The notes under the pieces were generated by a model. It saw only the letters and a list, made by a program, of their open reading frames with translations. It did no database searches and was not told the origin of the DNA. Positions 8,312-19,437 of a DNA stretch of 20,000 bases are shown here, piece by piece (position 1 is the first letter of the stretch; every line of letters starts with the position of its first letter). The position numbers and the translations under genes are program-made. Source of the DNA: Moniliella sp. 'wahieum' (taxonomy: Eukaryota); NCBI GenBank assembly GCA_003971905.1, contig RSEE01000055.1, positions 433,579 to 453,578 on the forward strand, written 5' to 3'.

Positions 8312-11300
8312 ATGGACGAACGTGACGAGCGTGGGGCATCCGACATGCTCGGGGCCTTGGCCTGGGCCAGGTGCTGCGTGAGCTCGGCGTCGCCGACGAG
8401 GGTCGTCCGAGGCAATGCACAAGCTCGGGCTGGCCCAGCACTCGGCTCTGCAGGCATCGACCATCTACAATGACAACTTTGAGGACGACGATGGCGGTCT
8501 TCCTGAGCCCGAGATGACCGAGGAGGAAAAAATCGCTCGCGCCCAACAGCAGGCCGAAGCTGAAAAGTATTATCGTCTTGGTGCCGCCTCGCTCCTGCCA
8601 CAACACAAGTCGGAGGAACAAATCCTCCGCGAGAAAAAGGAGAAAGCACAGCTCGTTCTTAACCAACTCAAACAATTGTTGCCTGCGTACAAACGTGATG
8701 CCGTACTTGACTTTACCGAGCTGTTTACTGCACCCCGCCCAGCCAAGAAGCGCAGGTTGGTCCCACCCAAGGGGTTTGGTGCGTATCCCCTATCTTTTGC
8801 CCTCCCCTCGCCCCCCTTCCCCACCCCCCGCCACTCCCTCGTGCTAACACTAACACTCTCTTCCAGGTCTGGCTCCTCCTCCGGCTGTGCCCTTGAGCAG
8901 CGACAGGAGGTGTCGCGCTATCACCCAGATGTGACAGTGCGGCCAGTTTCAGACTTGGTGGACAAATTCAAAACGACCTCGGGCCGGCCCGCGGCCGGGT
9001 GGAGCAATTGCAGGAAGAACTGTTGGACCCTTCCTTGTCGACGGAAGGATGGAAAAGCCAAGCGTGGACTGTGGCTGAGGGCGACTTCTTCCGTAAGGCC
9101 GCCACACTCACTGACGACTTTGATTGGGACGACGCGATTCGGTGGCACGCTCAACTCAAACCCAAGGGACCCACCCAGTTTTACTTTGACCTGAACGATG
9201 ACCAGATGGTGTTTGAGGAGGTGACGCCGGATGCGTCCAGTGCCCAGGTACAGCACCTTTCTGCCCGTGCCGCACGCTCGGCAGCCAACTTGAACCCCTC
9301 AATTGTCCAGCGACCGGTTCTATGAGATCCCAAGAGAGCATCGGCAGAAGGTGCGACAGACTTTGGGTCAATTGGTTGTCCAGCACGCTCGTCCTGCTGC
9401 CCATCTTCAACTGCCGTTCTACAAGACGCGCTTGATCAAGGAAGAACTCAATTCGCTCCATCGTCCTCCCATCCAATTCCCAACCAACATTGTCATCCCG
9501 TTCAACAAGGTCCAGTCCAGTCGCAAGGACCGACACAAGAAAGCTAAGGGAAAAGATGCGTTTGACGTGTTCCACTCGACCAGCGATTTGAGTCTGAAGG
9601 ATACAAGCTCGTTTGTTGTACGAGTACTCAGAGGAACACCCGCCCGTACTGTCCAACTATGGTATGGGCCACATTCTCGTCAACTACTTCCGTAAGAAGA
9701 GTGCCAAGGAAGAAACCATCCCGCGTGCCGACTTGGGCGAGACATTTGTGTTGGAACCACAGGACGAATCGCCGTTTATGGGATTTGGTCAGTGGAGCCA
9801 GGACAGATGCAGCCAACACTGTACAATAATATGATCCGAGCCCCACTCTTCCCCCACAAACCCCAACCCACTGATTTTCTCTTGATCCGCAACACTAACA
9901 AGGACCAAGTCACCTACCATCTCCGCAACATTCAACACGCCTTTGTTGTCGGCCAACAGTTCCCCATTGTCCAGATCCCCGGACCACATGCACGCTTGGC
10001 CACCAACTTGATCAAAACTCGCCTCCACATGATTGCCCACAAACTCATCCAGCGCAGCAAGGGTCATCGGATCAAGATGCATCGCGTCATGCGCTACTTT
10101 CCCGATTACAACGAGTTGCAGATGCGCCCACGACTCAAAGAGTTTATGGAGTACAACCGCAAAGCTGGCGATCCCGATCAGGGCTTTTGGAAATTGATGC
10201 CCGGAGTGGTGGTGCCAGAGGAAGGTGCATTGTACAAGCAGCTCCCACCGGAACATATGGTCCTATGCGAGAGCATGCAAGCTGGCCAACAGCGTTTGGT
10301 CGATCTGGGTCTACTGAAATTGGGCGACGATGCGAATGAAGATGAAGATTCGGGCGAAGGGAACGAAGTGGAGCAGTCAGTGGCACCTTGGTTGTCGAGC
10401 AAAAACTTTTTGAATGGTGCATCGGGCAAGGCGATGCTGGCCCTTCATGGAGAAGGTGATCCATCCGGTCGTGGCGAGGCGTTCAGTTTCATTCGTGTCT
10501 CGATGAAGGAGATTTTCATTGCGGCGGGCGAGGATCCATTGGAAAAGCGCGCGGCAATGGAGGCTGAAGCAATGAGCAAGTCGGGTCACCGGTACAATGT
10601 CGCAGAACAACAACAAATCTATCGCTCGGAAATCAATCGTATCTGGGCGGCGCAACGGCGTGCGCTCAGCGCCCCTAAACCACCCAAAATCACACGTCGC
10701 GATTTGGTCCCCCTCCACCGTGCTGTGCGCGCATACGAACAGGAAATCCTGGCCAACCAAGAAGCAAGGGAGGACGAGGCGTTCTCGGCTCCACCTACGA
10801 ACCACGATCGGTACGAGGGTAAGATCCTTCGTATTCGTCGCTTGGTCGATGGCGAATGGCGCACCGAGTATGTACGCGACAGGTCAACGATGGAGGATTA
10901 CCTCCGCCAACGACAGACCATGTTGGATGCCCAGATGGAGACGGAACAGCTGGCTCCGACGGGCGATGCAGTGTTGGATGCTGCGCGGCAAAAACGCATT
11001 GCACAAGCTATTGCTCATCTTAAGAAATGCCAGGACCGGCGGATGCAACGGAAACAAGCCCAGGCTGCCTCGGTGGGAAAAACGTTGGAAATCAACTTAC
11101 ACAAAGCAGCTACCCAACGCACGTGTGGACGGTGCGGTCAAGTAGGCCATATGGCCACCAACACTTCCTGTCCCTTGTTCAATAAAGTCCCACCGGCTCC
11201 AGCCTCTGCTGCCGCAGCTGCCGCTGCAGCTGCAGCGACGCTAATATGTCCTTGACCAACATGCCCGTCGGACTGGGATCAGCTAACCCCTTTGCCCTGT

Positions 11301-11467
11301 CCTCCTCCACGGTTAATATTCGTGGTCCGGCAGGTTCGCCTCCAGGCTCAGCTCGTAGCCCTATCGCCCCTCTCTCGGCGGCCTCATCTCCTCCCCCTCC
11401 CCTCCCCGCTGGACCAAAGCTCAAGTTTAAGATGAAGAAGCGCCCGAGCACCCCGGCTGCAGGGTGA
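8312..11467 (+). CDS. TAF1: TFIID subunit 1 (TAF1); intron 8779-8866; multiple frameshifts
   Basis: TAF1 central-domain motifs are YFDLNDDQM, SSDRFYE...VRQTLGQLVVQHARPA..LQLPFYKT...LHRP, DLSLKD...EYSEEHPPVLSNYGMG..LVNYFRK, LYNNMIRAPLF, ESMQAGQQRLVDLG, LHGEGDPSGRGEAFSFIRVSM and YNVAEQQQIYRSEINRIW. A zinc knuckle CGRCGQVGHMATNTSC lies at 11124-11171. Intron GTGCGT...GCTAAC...CAG. The ATG at 8312 is in ACGATGG context (start inferred). Confidence 0.95.
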
Positions 11468-11470
11468 CGC

Positions 11471-11505
11471 GGATGTCGGACGTTGGACGTTGGACGTTGG
11501 ACGTT
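11471..11505. repeat. (GGACGTT)4 heptamer array in the TAF1 3' UTR
   Basis: Four perfect copies at 11478-11505 plus one variant. Confidence 0.9.
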
Positions 11506-12441
11506 GATGGGGAGCGAACGTCCTGTTCCGTTCTGTTCCGTTTGGTTCCGGTCCGTTTGGTTTCGTTCGGTGGGCTCAACGGATATGCCTACTGATCTCT
11601 GAACTTCAGAGCGGACCCGTCGGACCGCACAGTGTATTTTTTGTTTTGTTTTTATATTTGGTTTGTTTGTTCGGGTGCTCAGGTACCAGTACGAGGTAGT
11701 GCACGCAAGTACTCAGCAAGTACTCCGTAGAAAAAGACCAAAAACAGGCAGTCGCTAGGGGAGTAGAGTCGACATGGTTGGGAAGGAGACGAAGGAAGAA
11801 GGTATAGATAGAGGCGAGCGCAAAAGATAAGGCCGAGGCGCAAGGACAATGCAGCAACTATATACTAGTGGGTGTGGTCAGGGCAGAGCAAATGCAGATT
11901 CGCTCGGTTGACGGATGATGCACTGATGAAGACTCGACGCTGAGCCCGCAGGCGCTTCTCGCAGGAACAGACTTCCTATACTACATCTTAATCCGGCCGA
12001 ACCACATAGAACCGCACCAATGGGACGCGCAAGAACACGGGTTGACCGTTGAGACGAGACGCCCGGACGACGGGATTCACTCCTGCGCGGCCTGTGGTCG
12101 ATCGAAATAGACAAAAAGCGCCAGTCTGCTCCCCTTTCCCCCGGCGAGAATCCAGAACATCATGATGCTTCACCTCTGCGAGCTCGCGATCTCCTCTCCG
12201 CCCTCCTCGTCTACCCCTCGGGAGCGATGAGGCGGCCGCAGATGCTGGCGTGATAGTAGGCCGGCCTGCGCCCAGGACCGTCAGGGTGCCTGTACCTGGC
12301 TTGCATGGAGCTGCGGAAGAAGAACCCGGACTTGGGGAAGACTCAGTCCAGCAGAGGGGCAGGACGATTTCGCCGTGGTATATCGATGACAAAACTTTGC
12401 CCTGCGAGGATGCCCGTGGGGTTAATTGGATAAATGGGAAC

Positions 12442-12518
12442 GTTCAGTGTTCAGTGTTCAGTGTTCAGGGTCAGTATTCCGTCCGCCCCCGGCCATTGGC
12501 CATTGGCCATTGGCCATC
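12442..12518. repeat. Two adjacent heptamer arrays, (GTTCAGT)3-4 and (GGCCATT)3-4
   Basis: Read directly at 12442-12469 and 12491-12518. Confidence 0.9.
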
Positions 12519-13492
12519 ATCGACATCCCAGCAGTTCGAAGAGGAGACCGGTTGGGCTGAGTTCGCTGCTTTTGTATGGACATTTCGACGGAAGAGAGGA
12601 AGCACGAAAACAAAGGAAAACATATTACCGGCTGGGTTGCTCCTGAAAGAGGATAATGATCATTATAATCATTGGAACACGTTCTGTACGAAGCAACAGC
12701 TGCCCTTAGTACCTGCCAATGGGATGTCTATAAAATGTGTGAAGGGGATTGCTTTGGGTGCCGAGATGGTATCTATTCCTCCTATATTCATCAGGCCTCA
12801 GGCTGCATGGAATGGTGCCTTCTATACCAGAGAAGACGGAGAAGCAATCGCGCACGGTAAACGTCGCGTGATGAGGGAGAGAAACACAAAGAGGTCAAAA
12901 GCTTCGAGGAAGATCTAGAACAGAGTCATACGCACAGCCGGAGGATATGTGTGTGTGACCCGTCATATATAGACTAGCGTGTACTAGTGAAAGAAGCGTA
13001 TGGATTGAAGTTGGGTGAGTTTCAACGATCCCTACTAGTCACTAGTAAGTCACTCCGAACATATTCATAGTCTCATGGTCCTCATCGACCCCCGCTGCGC
13101 GCCCTAGGGCCACGCGAGAGCCTAACCTGAAGCGAGCCGTTCATTAGGTTCCCTCCGGCGCAACTTTTTCAGGCCACAACCGAGATAGGGCTCTAGTTTC
13201 TTTTCGACCGAATACTGAGGGTCTTGTTGATCACATTTCTATAGCGCCTGACATTTGCCCTTTGCCCCCCCAAGCAGGGCCCAGCTGCCACCGCTCCCCG
13301 TCCCTGTCGCAAGCGCTTCATCGATCATCCCAGGCATCTAACCTCACGCACCACGCTACGGCTACCACGACTGCTCTACACAACCAAGATGGGAACGGAT
13401 TGAAAAGAGAAACCCCCAACAAACAAGCTTGTTACCACTGTTGGGACAAAGTATGGAACCGAGGCAAGGACAAGGAGGCAGAGACGTAGACT

Positions 13493-14692
13493 TTACTCCG
13501 AGTCCGACTCTTCTTCGGACGAGTCATCATCGGCCTCCTCAAGCCACTGGAGGAAAGGAGCAGCCGAACGACGAACCTTCTTGGAGATATCCTTGTCAAC
13601 GTATTTTTTGCTCACATGGGTCCCCCAGTTCTTGACAAACTCATCGTCCAGCACATCGAGCTGGTACAGCATCATCAGCAGCTTCGGCACGCCAAGCGGG
13701 ACAAGCGAAGGTTGTTCAACCCCGGCCAAACGCTCCAAGCCGCCCAACAGGGACTTTTGGTGCTTCTCCGACGTGCACATCTTGGCAATCACCGGCTCGT
13801 ATTCTTCCAGCTCCTTGACGGCATCGGCCGTAAACAGGTTTTCCATCAGCACCTGCAACGTCTTGTGTTCGACGCAATCCCCAACTCTTGGGCCATCTTG
13901 TACACTTCGGGCGCAGGCGCACCACGGTGCTCGCGCAGCCATTGGCCATACTGGCCATAGGGGCTGTTGGCATCATCGCCCTCGTCGTCGTCACCAAGGA
14001 CGAGAGAGGTGGCCATGCCGCCAGCCAAGGCCTCCGTACGAGCCTTGACGGCCGCCTCGGACATATCGGTCGCCCAGCCCTTGGAAGCGGCTGCATCAGT
14101 AGCCGACGGCAAGGTAGCGGCGTCCGAAGTAATTTGCTTGGTCATCTCATCATCCGAACCAGCGGCAGGGGCGCCATCGGCGTCCTCTTCATCTCCGCCT
14201 ACATGTTGGCCAGCATCCTTGCCAGCGCCCTTGACACCCTTTTGCGCTTGGGAGGGGGGTGGTTGATAATAAAGGTGTGAGTTTGTGACGCATGTCAACC
14301 ATAGTGACAGCGCCGCAGGCCTTGCAGTTGCGACGGATCAAACCATCTTTGCCCTTGAGCACAAGGTCCGTCTCGGGATTCTTGCACTCGCCACAGAGGA
14401 CAAACTTGTCGATAAACACGTCCAGAACTTCGCGCAGACGGTCGGCCTCGTGCTTGCCATTGATAATGTAGCGCTCGTTCTTCTCGTCAAACTGGGTCTG
14501 GGCACCGAGCTCATAGCCAAAGAATTTGGTCGGGTACGACGGCGGGCGCGACAGCGCACGGCCAATGTCGACCATATTGGGGATCACCGTCTTGATGCCA
14601 TTGCCACGGCCTTCGACCTTGGTCTCGAGGAGCGGCATCTTGTAGCGGTAGAACTTGTCGTCAACATCGCGACGCACATTGACATTCACCAT
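13493..14692 (-). CDS. TIF5: Eukaryotic translation initiation factor 5 (eIF5); frameshifted near 14280 and 13870
   Basis: MVNVNVRRDVDDKFYRYKMP...EGRGNGIKTVIPNM...PTKFFGYELGAQT...FIDKFVLCGECKNPET...CKACG gives the GAP domain and zinc finger. The C-terminal W2 domain ends SKKYVDKDISKKVRRSAAPFLQWLEEADDDSSEEESDSE*. The start is in optimal CCACCATGG context. Confidence 0.97.
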
Positions 14693-14702
14693 GGTGGGCA
14701 GT

Positions 14703-14769
14703 CTGCAAGGCGCAAGAGGGGCGACGGTCAGTCAGGGGCGGGCGGCAGAAGGGGACGAGGGGTACGTAC
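14703..14769 (-). other. Spliceosomal intron in the eIF5 5' UTR
   Basis: Minus strand GTACGT(14769)...CTGACTGAC branch...TTGCAG(14703), ending 10 nt before the ATG. Confidence 0.75.
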
Positions 14770-14778
14770 AGTTAATGC

Positions 14779-14880
14779 TTAACAGGGGGAGTGGGGGCAG
14801 GGGTTATAGGGAAAGGGAGGCTTGGACCTGCGGGGGACGTGGTGACAGCGGACGACGTGGCCGGGAAGCGGGTAGGACAT
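14779..14880 (-). promoter_or_regulatory. Poor-context uORF (33 codons) upstream of eIF5
   Basis: TTTAC-ATG-T at 14880 (T at -3 and +4) reads MSYPLPGHVVRCHHVPRRSKPPFPYNPCPHSPC*, with TAA at 14781-14779. Inclusion in the mRNA is not demonstrated. Confidence 0.45.
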
Positions 14881-15599
14881 GTAAAGCGGGCGAGGCGGCA
14901 GCAGCTGGGTTGCAGGGAAACCACAGGGGTGGACGCGGGGTGCAGGTGTGGGCGGGGGCGGGGCAGCAGCGGGAGATGGGGCTCGTGCGCTGGCGGAGTG
15001 CGGGGTGGGGGTGGGGCGTGCAGCGGGGGCTGGTGCGACCCACGATGCGGTTGGGGAGGAGGAGGAGGAGGTGGTGGTGCGAGTGGCGGCGGCGGCGGGT
15101 GTAGGAGTCGTGAGTCATGTCGGCGGAAGGCAGAAGGCCGAAAGAAAGAACAAAGGCGGAATTGCGGCGGCGGTTCTGCGGTGTTCCCTGGCAGGACAGT
15201 GGCGCTGTGCCTGGCCGCCGCTCACGCCATTCGTCATCGCCTGACGTAAGCGGTGCCTCCGCAGCCGGCAGGGGCAGGCAAGCAAAGAGGATGACGTAAC
15301 CCGCCCGCACATCACATCCATACCCAGGACGCAGTGTGGGCATTGAATTGGCGGCGCTAAAAGAAAAAAACAAAAACCACAGTGGCTCCTGCTCCAACGC
15401 TGCCCCCGCACCACCCTCCTTTGACCAGGTCCACGACACAGCTGCTGCGACACCGTCCGAACGGTCTGTATCCTGTTCAATGTTTCCGGCCGTTGGATTG
15501 TTTTAGTCCCCTTCGGTGACCATACTTTCCAAGAAAGATATACGCCAACGTCTCGGTCTGTACTCACGCTTTTCGTTTGCCCCCCACCCTCGGCTTTCT

Positions 15600-18500
15600 C
15601 TGGTTTACATTTTTCATCAGCGAGTTTCATTCACACTCTGAGATTGAAGGACCGACACTTCCGAATCTTTTCTCAGTCGTGGATGGCATGCAGTCTGCAG
15701 AGTGTTATATCTAGTGCAACCATGCATGGCTACCATATATAGGCAGCTGGTGTGGCACGTACGATCCACACGGCGCAACAAGATCTAGTACTGAGGCTGC
15801 GCAATTGGAATATCTGATACTGGACGGCCGGGTGCATGTCTTGTTGCCCATTCTTACTTTCGAAGCAACACCACACAGACACTCTCCTCGGAGAGTGCCA
15901 GAGCGCTGTGCTCCTCCAAACGGATATAACCCTCACCCAGACGGAAGAGCAATGGTAAACTTTTGGCCGATCCCTTTCAACTGGCTTTTACGCGGCGTCG
16001 TGCTGCCGCCTTCCCGCTCCAGCGTATATAGACAAACGCCGTCTTGGGACAGCAATGCTCGGTATACGCCTCGTTAACCAGGTCACCATATCACGCTCTT
16101 CCTGGCACCGCCGCCCGAGGCAATCTCCTGAGGAGGACTCCGTTATTGTAGATCATGTTTACCATATCGACGTCCATTTCATCCTGGTCAATCTCTTCTC
16201 CACGCGAGGGTGGTGAAGCTGCTCCACCACGGCATCCTCTGCCGTGCACGTTCTTCATCGCCTAGTCCGCATCCGGTCTCGTGTGTCGGACAAGTACCCC
16301 TGGTTATCTAAGGTGGATCCGACATCAGAGTACCCCACACTCTTCTTCTATCCAGGTCGCCTACCCAAAGACGATCCATCACAGGGTACAAACCCAGCCA
16401 GGATTTGGGGGGGGGAGAGGTACCCAACCGCTCACGGACTCGGTGGACCACGAATCATGTTATGTATGTTGTCGGGCAGCAGCATCCTTCTCCTTCCATC
16501 CGAAAGAGGTTCATTCCATTGGTCTATAGACGACCATCCGTCCATCACCTTCCTTAGTTGTCTGAGGGGGCCGGGTTAGCCAAGAGCCTTGCTGTGGTGC
16601 AATTGGGTTGTTGTACGAAGGATGGGCTTAGTGGGTTGCGAGGTAGCGTTGAGGGGCGATGTTCCAGTCCTACAGTGGAACGCGTAGCCGGTATCGCCAT
16701 TGCGTTCCAGCATGCTGTACATGTTCCATGTTACGCTCGCTTGCTTCCGGAGCGTGTTCTCATCCGGATCGGTGGAGTCTACCGAGGCGTTCGCAGCAGA
16801 AAAGTCACGGCTTACTCGTGAGCGGGGATGGGTAAATAACCAGCGGGGATGGGTAAAATAACCACTACTTTGCCGGCGTGAGTGGTAAATGCGTATAGTA
16901 TGTGGGAGAAGGTGAAAGGCGGGCGAGATGCTTAGCAAAGTTGAGAGAGGTTGGCTGGTAAACAACGGGTAAGGAACAGAGGAGGGTTGATAAGGACCAC
17001 AACTAGCAAACCGTAGACAGCCTGAGGGCTGCTTACTACAGACAGAAGGGATCAGCCTCCTAAATAGGGATCAACATGGCATAGGGGAGCTTTCAGAGAG
17101 ATAATAAAGTCTCATAATACGCAGCGCGTTCTTCCAAAAGCGCTGGGGTCAGCATGCGCACAGCCGGGCCCAGCAGGAAAATGATTCTTCCATGACTGGG
17201 CACTTTGGGTGCAAAGCATCGCACCCATTGGCCCCAACAGCGGCCAGGGCGGCCGCCGGAGGTTGTTAGCACTGATGGATAGGTCACATGTGCTGCCTCG
17301 TCGCAGGAGTCTTTGGAAGAGACGTGGACGGCATGGTTGCGAGCTCTGCGTCCCAGGTAATATTTCGTGGCAGCCACTCTCGGGGGTGTTGTTTGTAAAT
17401 GTGCTGGATGGACCCATGCGAGGCAGCCAGAGGAAACCACGTGCCACCTTGCCCTTTCGCTCGTTTGCTGTGTTGCCCAATGAGGAGGCACATGTGATCC
17501 AACGGTGATTGAACCGGACGTGTATGCATTTTCGTGCCTCCACGTCACGGGCCAGATCATATGGGGCCACACTGCGTCTTGACCCCGACGGGCTTTCTGG
17601 TTCCTCTGCAGAGCAGTAACAAGTCCTCCTTGTCTACGTGATGGGCATGACGTCACAACTGGACGAGCACGACCTGCACACCCCATTCATGATCCAGATG
17701 TAGCGATTGGATCCCATTATTCCCAGCGAGTCAGTTACTTGGCGGGCAGGGTCACTCACCAGTCGGTTCAGCTGCCACATGCCTCTCCTCGACGTGTCGT
17801 AGGGAGTTCCTTGATCTGGGAGCCCAGTTCGGCGACGGAAGTCGATGCCCAACCCGGCAGCCAAATATCGCAGCCGTCCCAACTAAGATTAGCCATAATC
17901 AGGGAACCTTCCATCTACTGCGGTACCTCATGCCATGCGCAGAGGGCATGATCTCCATCCAGACGTCCAGTCCATGTCACGGGCCAAGGCGGGATGGCAA
18001 GCCCTGCGGCACCTATGTGCAGCGCGATTATCAGTCTACGGATCCGAGCGACGATAGTCGCCTTCCGCCTCAATTGATTGAGGACCCTCCCAGTTTCGTC
18101 GCTCTCAGCTTTCCATTGCTCCCCGTTTTCCCTTTGCGATCTTGCGACGCTAGTCGCCCATGCTTGTTGATGTTACTTCTCTGATCTGATAGTAACCCCG
18201 AGCGACGCTAGTCGCCCCATGCCTGTTTCCCTTACCTTTCTACGTCTCCCCTGTTCTCCCCTGTCCCCCATTCTCCCACTGTTGCCTTGTTTCCCTTTTA
18301 ATCCCCCTGCCTGTTAGCAATGGTTCGTGGCTTTCCCCCACGGTCCATCTTCGTCACCTCCCTTTGTCGCCCCTTGTCTCCTCTCGCCTGCTTTCTCTTC
18401 ACCCCTGCCCGCTTCTCGCCAATGATGATTCAGTACAGGCAACTCCTCCCGTCTTAGTCGACGTTCCGTCCCGGCACAGATCGCCAGCCCTCGTCCTCGT

Positions 18501-19437
18501 CCTCAGCACTCAGTACTCTGTACTCAGTTCTCCTAGTCCGCGTGAGCCGTCCTCGTGCCACGCTCGGTCCAGCCCAGTTAAGCGACGTGTGATCTGGTTC
18601 TTGCCACGCCGCTCCCAGTCTCAGCCCAGCCTCAGTCTAGCAGCATCGGTCCTCTGCTGCCTTCCCTTCCCTGAGCCCGAAGGCTTCAGACACGCTACTG
18701 CCGCCCAAGCGGGTGCTACGCAGCCTGCCACACTTGCAGCCGCCTCTGCTATACGCCGAGGCCTCTCCTTGTCCCTAGCTCCGCAGCGGAACCACCAACC
18801 AGCCCAAGCGCGTAACTACCGTGAGTCGTCCTTAGGACCTCCAGGGGATTGTACCCCTTAAACACCCGGGGCGGGCCCCATGGCGGCGCCCGCCCATGAC
18901 AGTTCACGTCGAATTCACTCCATTGTGGGTCTCTCTCCGCAGAGGAGAGTCTCCTTCCACGAACGGCGCAACAAATCGTGATGCTTCCGAGCCCTTAGGT
19001 ATACTCCCGTATCTATAACCTTTTTGCCAATGCATGGGAAGCACTCGGAGGCCACACGAATGCGCAGTGGGCGTGACCCTCTGTGGGCTCAGCCGTGCCA
19101 ACGTCGTCTCCCCCATGCTTGTTGGCTTCGTGGTTGTACTCGTCAAGTAGGGACGGCCTGTGTAGGACACCCCCCCCCGTGCAAGACGGTATGGGTAGGC
19201 AATCAGTCCTGGCGGCTGCTGCCCACGGTGCATCCGAGCTTTCATGGTCGTAAGCAGAACCATCTCTGCCAACCCTCCCATCAGGCCCTTGATTACCTGC
19301 TCCTCTGCACCACACCAACGGAATGGACCTCTTGTATCACCACCATTCGTATGGTTGTAGTGATTACAGGTTGGACATTTGTCAGGGGAAAGGCTGAGAA
19401 TTTTGCCAAACCAATGCGTCGGTAAGACCATTTGCAC
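15600..19437 (-). pseudogene. Degenerate, unassigned coding-like sequence (possible decayed lineage-specific genes or element remnant)
   Basis: Protein-like minus-strand segments are interrupted by in-frame stops and frameshifts and share a repeated WPVTW motif. I recognise no domain. Confidence 0.25.
16821..16863. repeat. 21-22 bp direct tandem duplication
   Basis: AGCGGGGATGGGTAAATAACC followed by AGCGGGGATGGGTAAAATAACC. Confidence 0.9.

Noticed and set aside
12250..12918. 222-aa plus-strand ORF
   Set aside because: It has a non-ATG start, reads through heptamer repeats and shows no recognisable domain.
13204..13244. TCGAC...ATACT...GATCACATTTCTATAG, resembling U3 snoRNA boxes A' and A
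   Set aside because: It has insertions relative to the consensus and no boxes C', B, C or D downstream. It lies antisense to the likely eIF5 3' UTR.
1742..13330. 15-bp perfect inverted match between GGATGATCGATGAAG (1742) and CTTCATCGATCATCC (13316), also similar to the 5.8S rRNA motif ATCGATGAAGA
   Set aside because: One 15-mer match is roughly expected by chance in 20 kb. It does not extend and has no rRNA context.
14926..15030. Dense G-runs (potential G-quadruplex) on the template strand of the eIF5 leader
   Set aside because: This is explained by the C-rich composition of UTRs throughout the window, with no independent support.
11923..15625. CTGATGA hammerhead or box C-like cores near 11923 (+), 12790 (-) and 15615 (-)
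   Set aside because: None has a stem II plus GAAA core or a properly spaced box D with a terminal stem.
18869..18895. GC-rich hairpin GGGCGGGC/GCCCGCCC (Helitron-end-like)
   Set aside because: There is no adjacent CTRR terminus or Rep/helicase evidence, and an 8-bp stem is unremarkable at this GC content.
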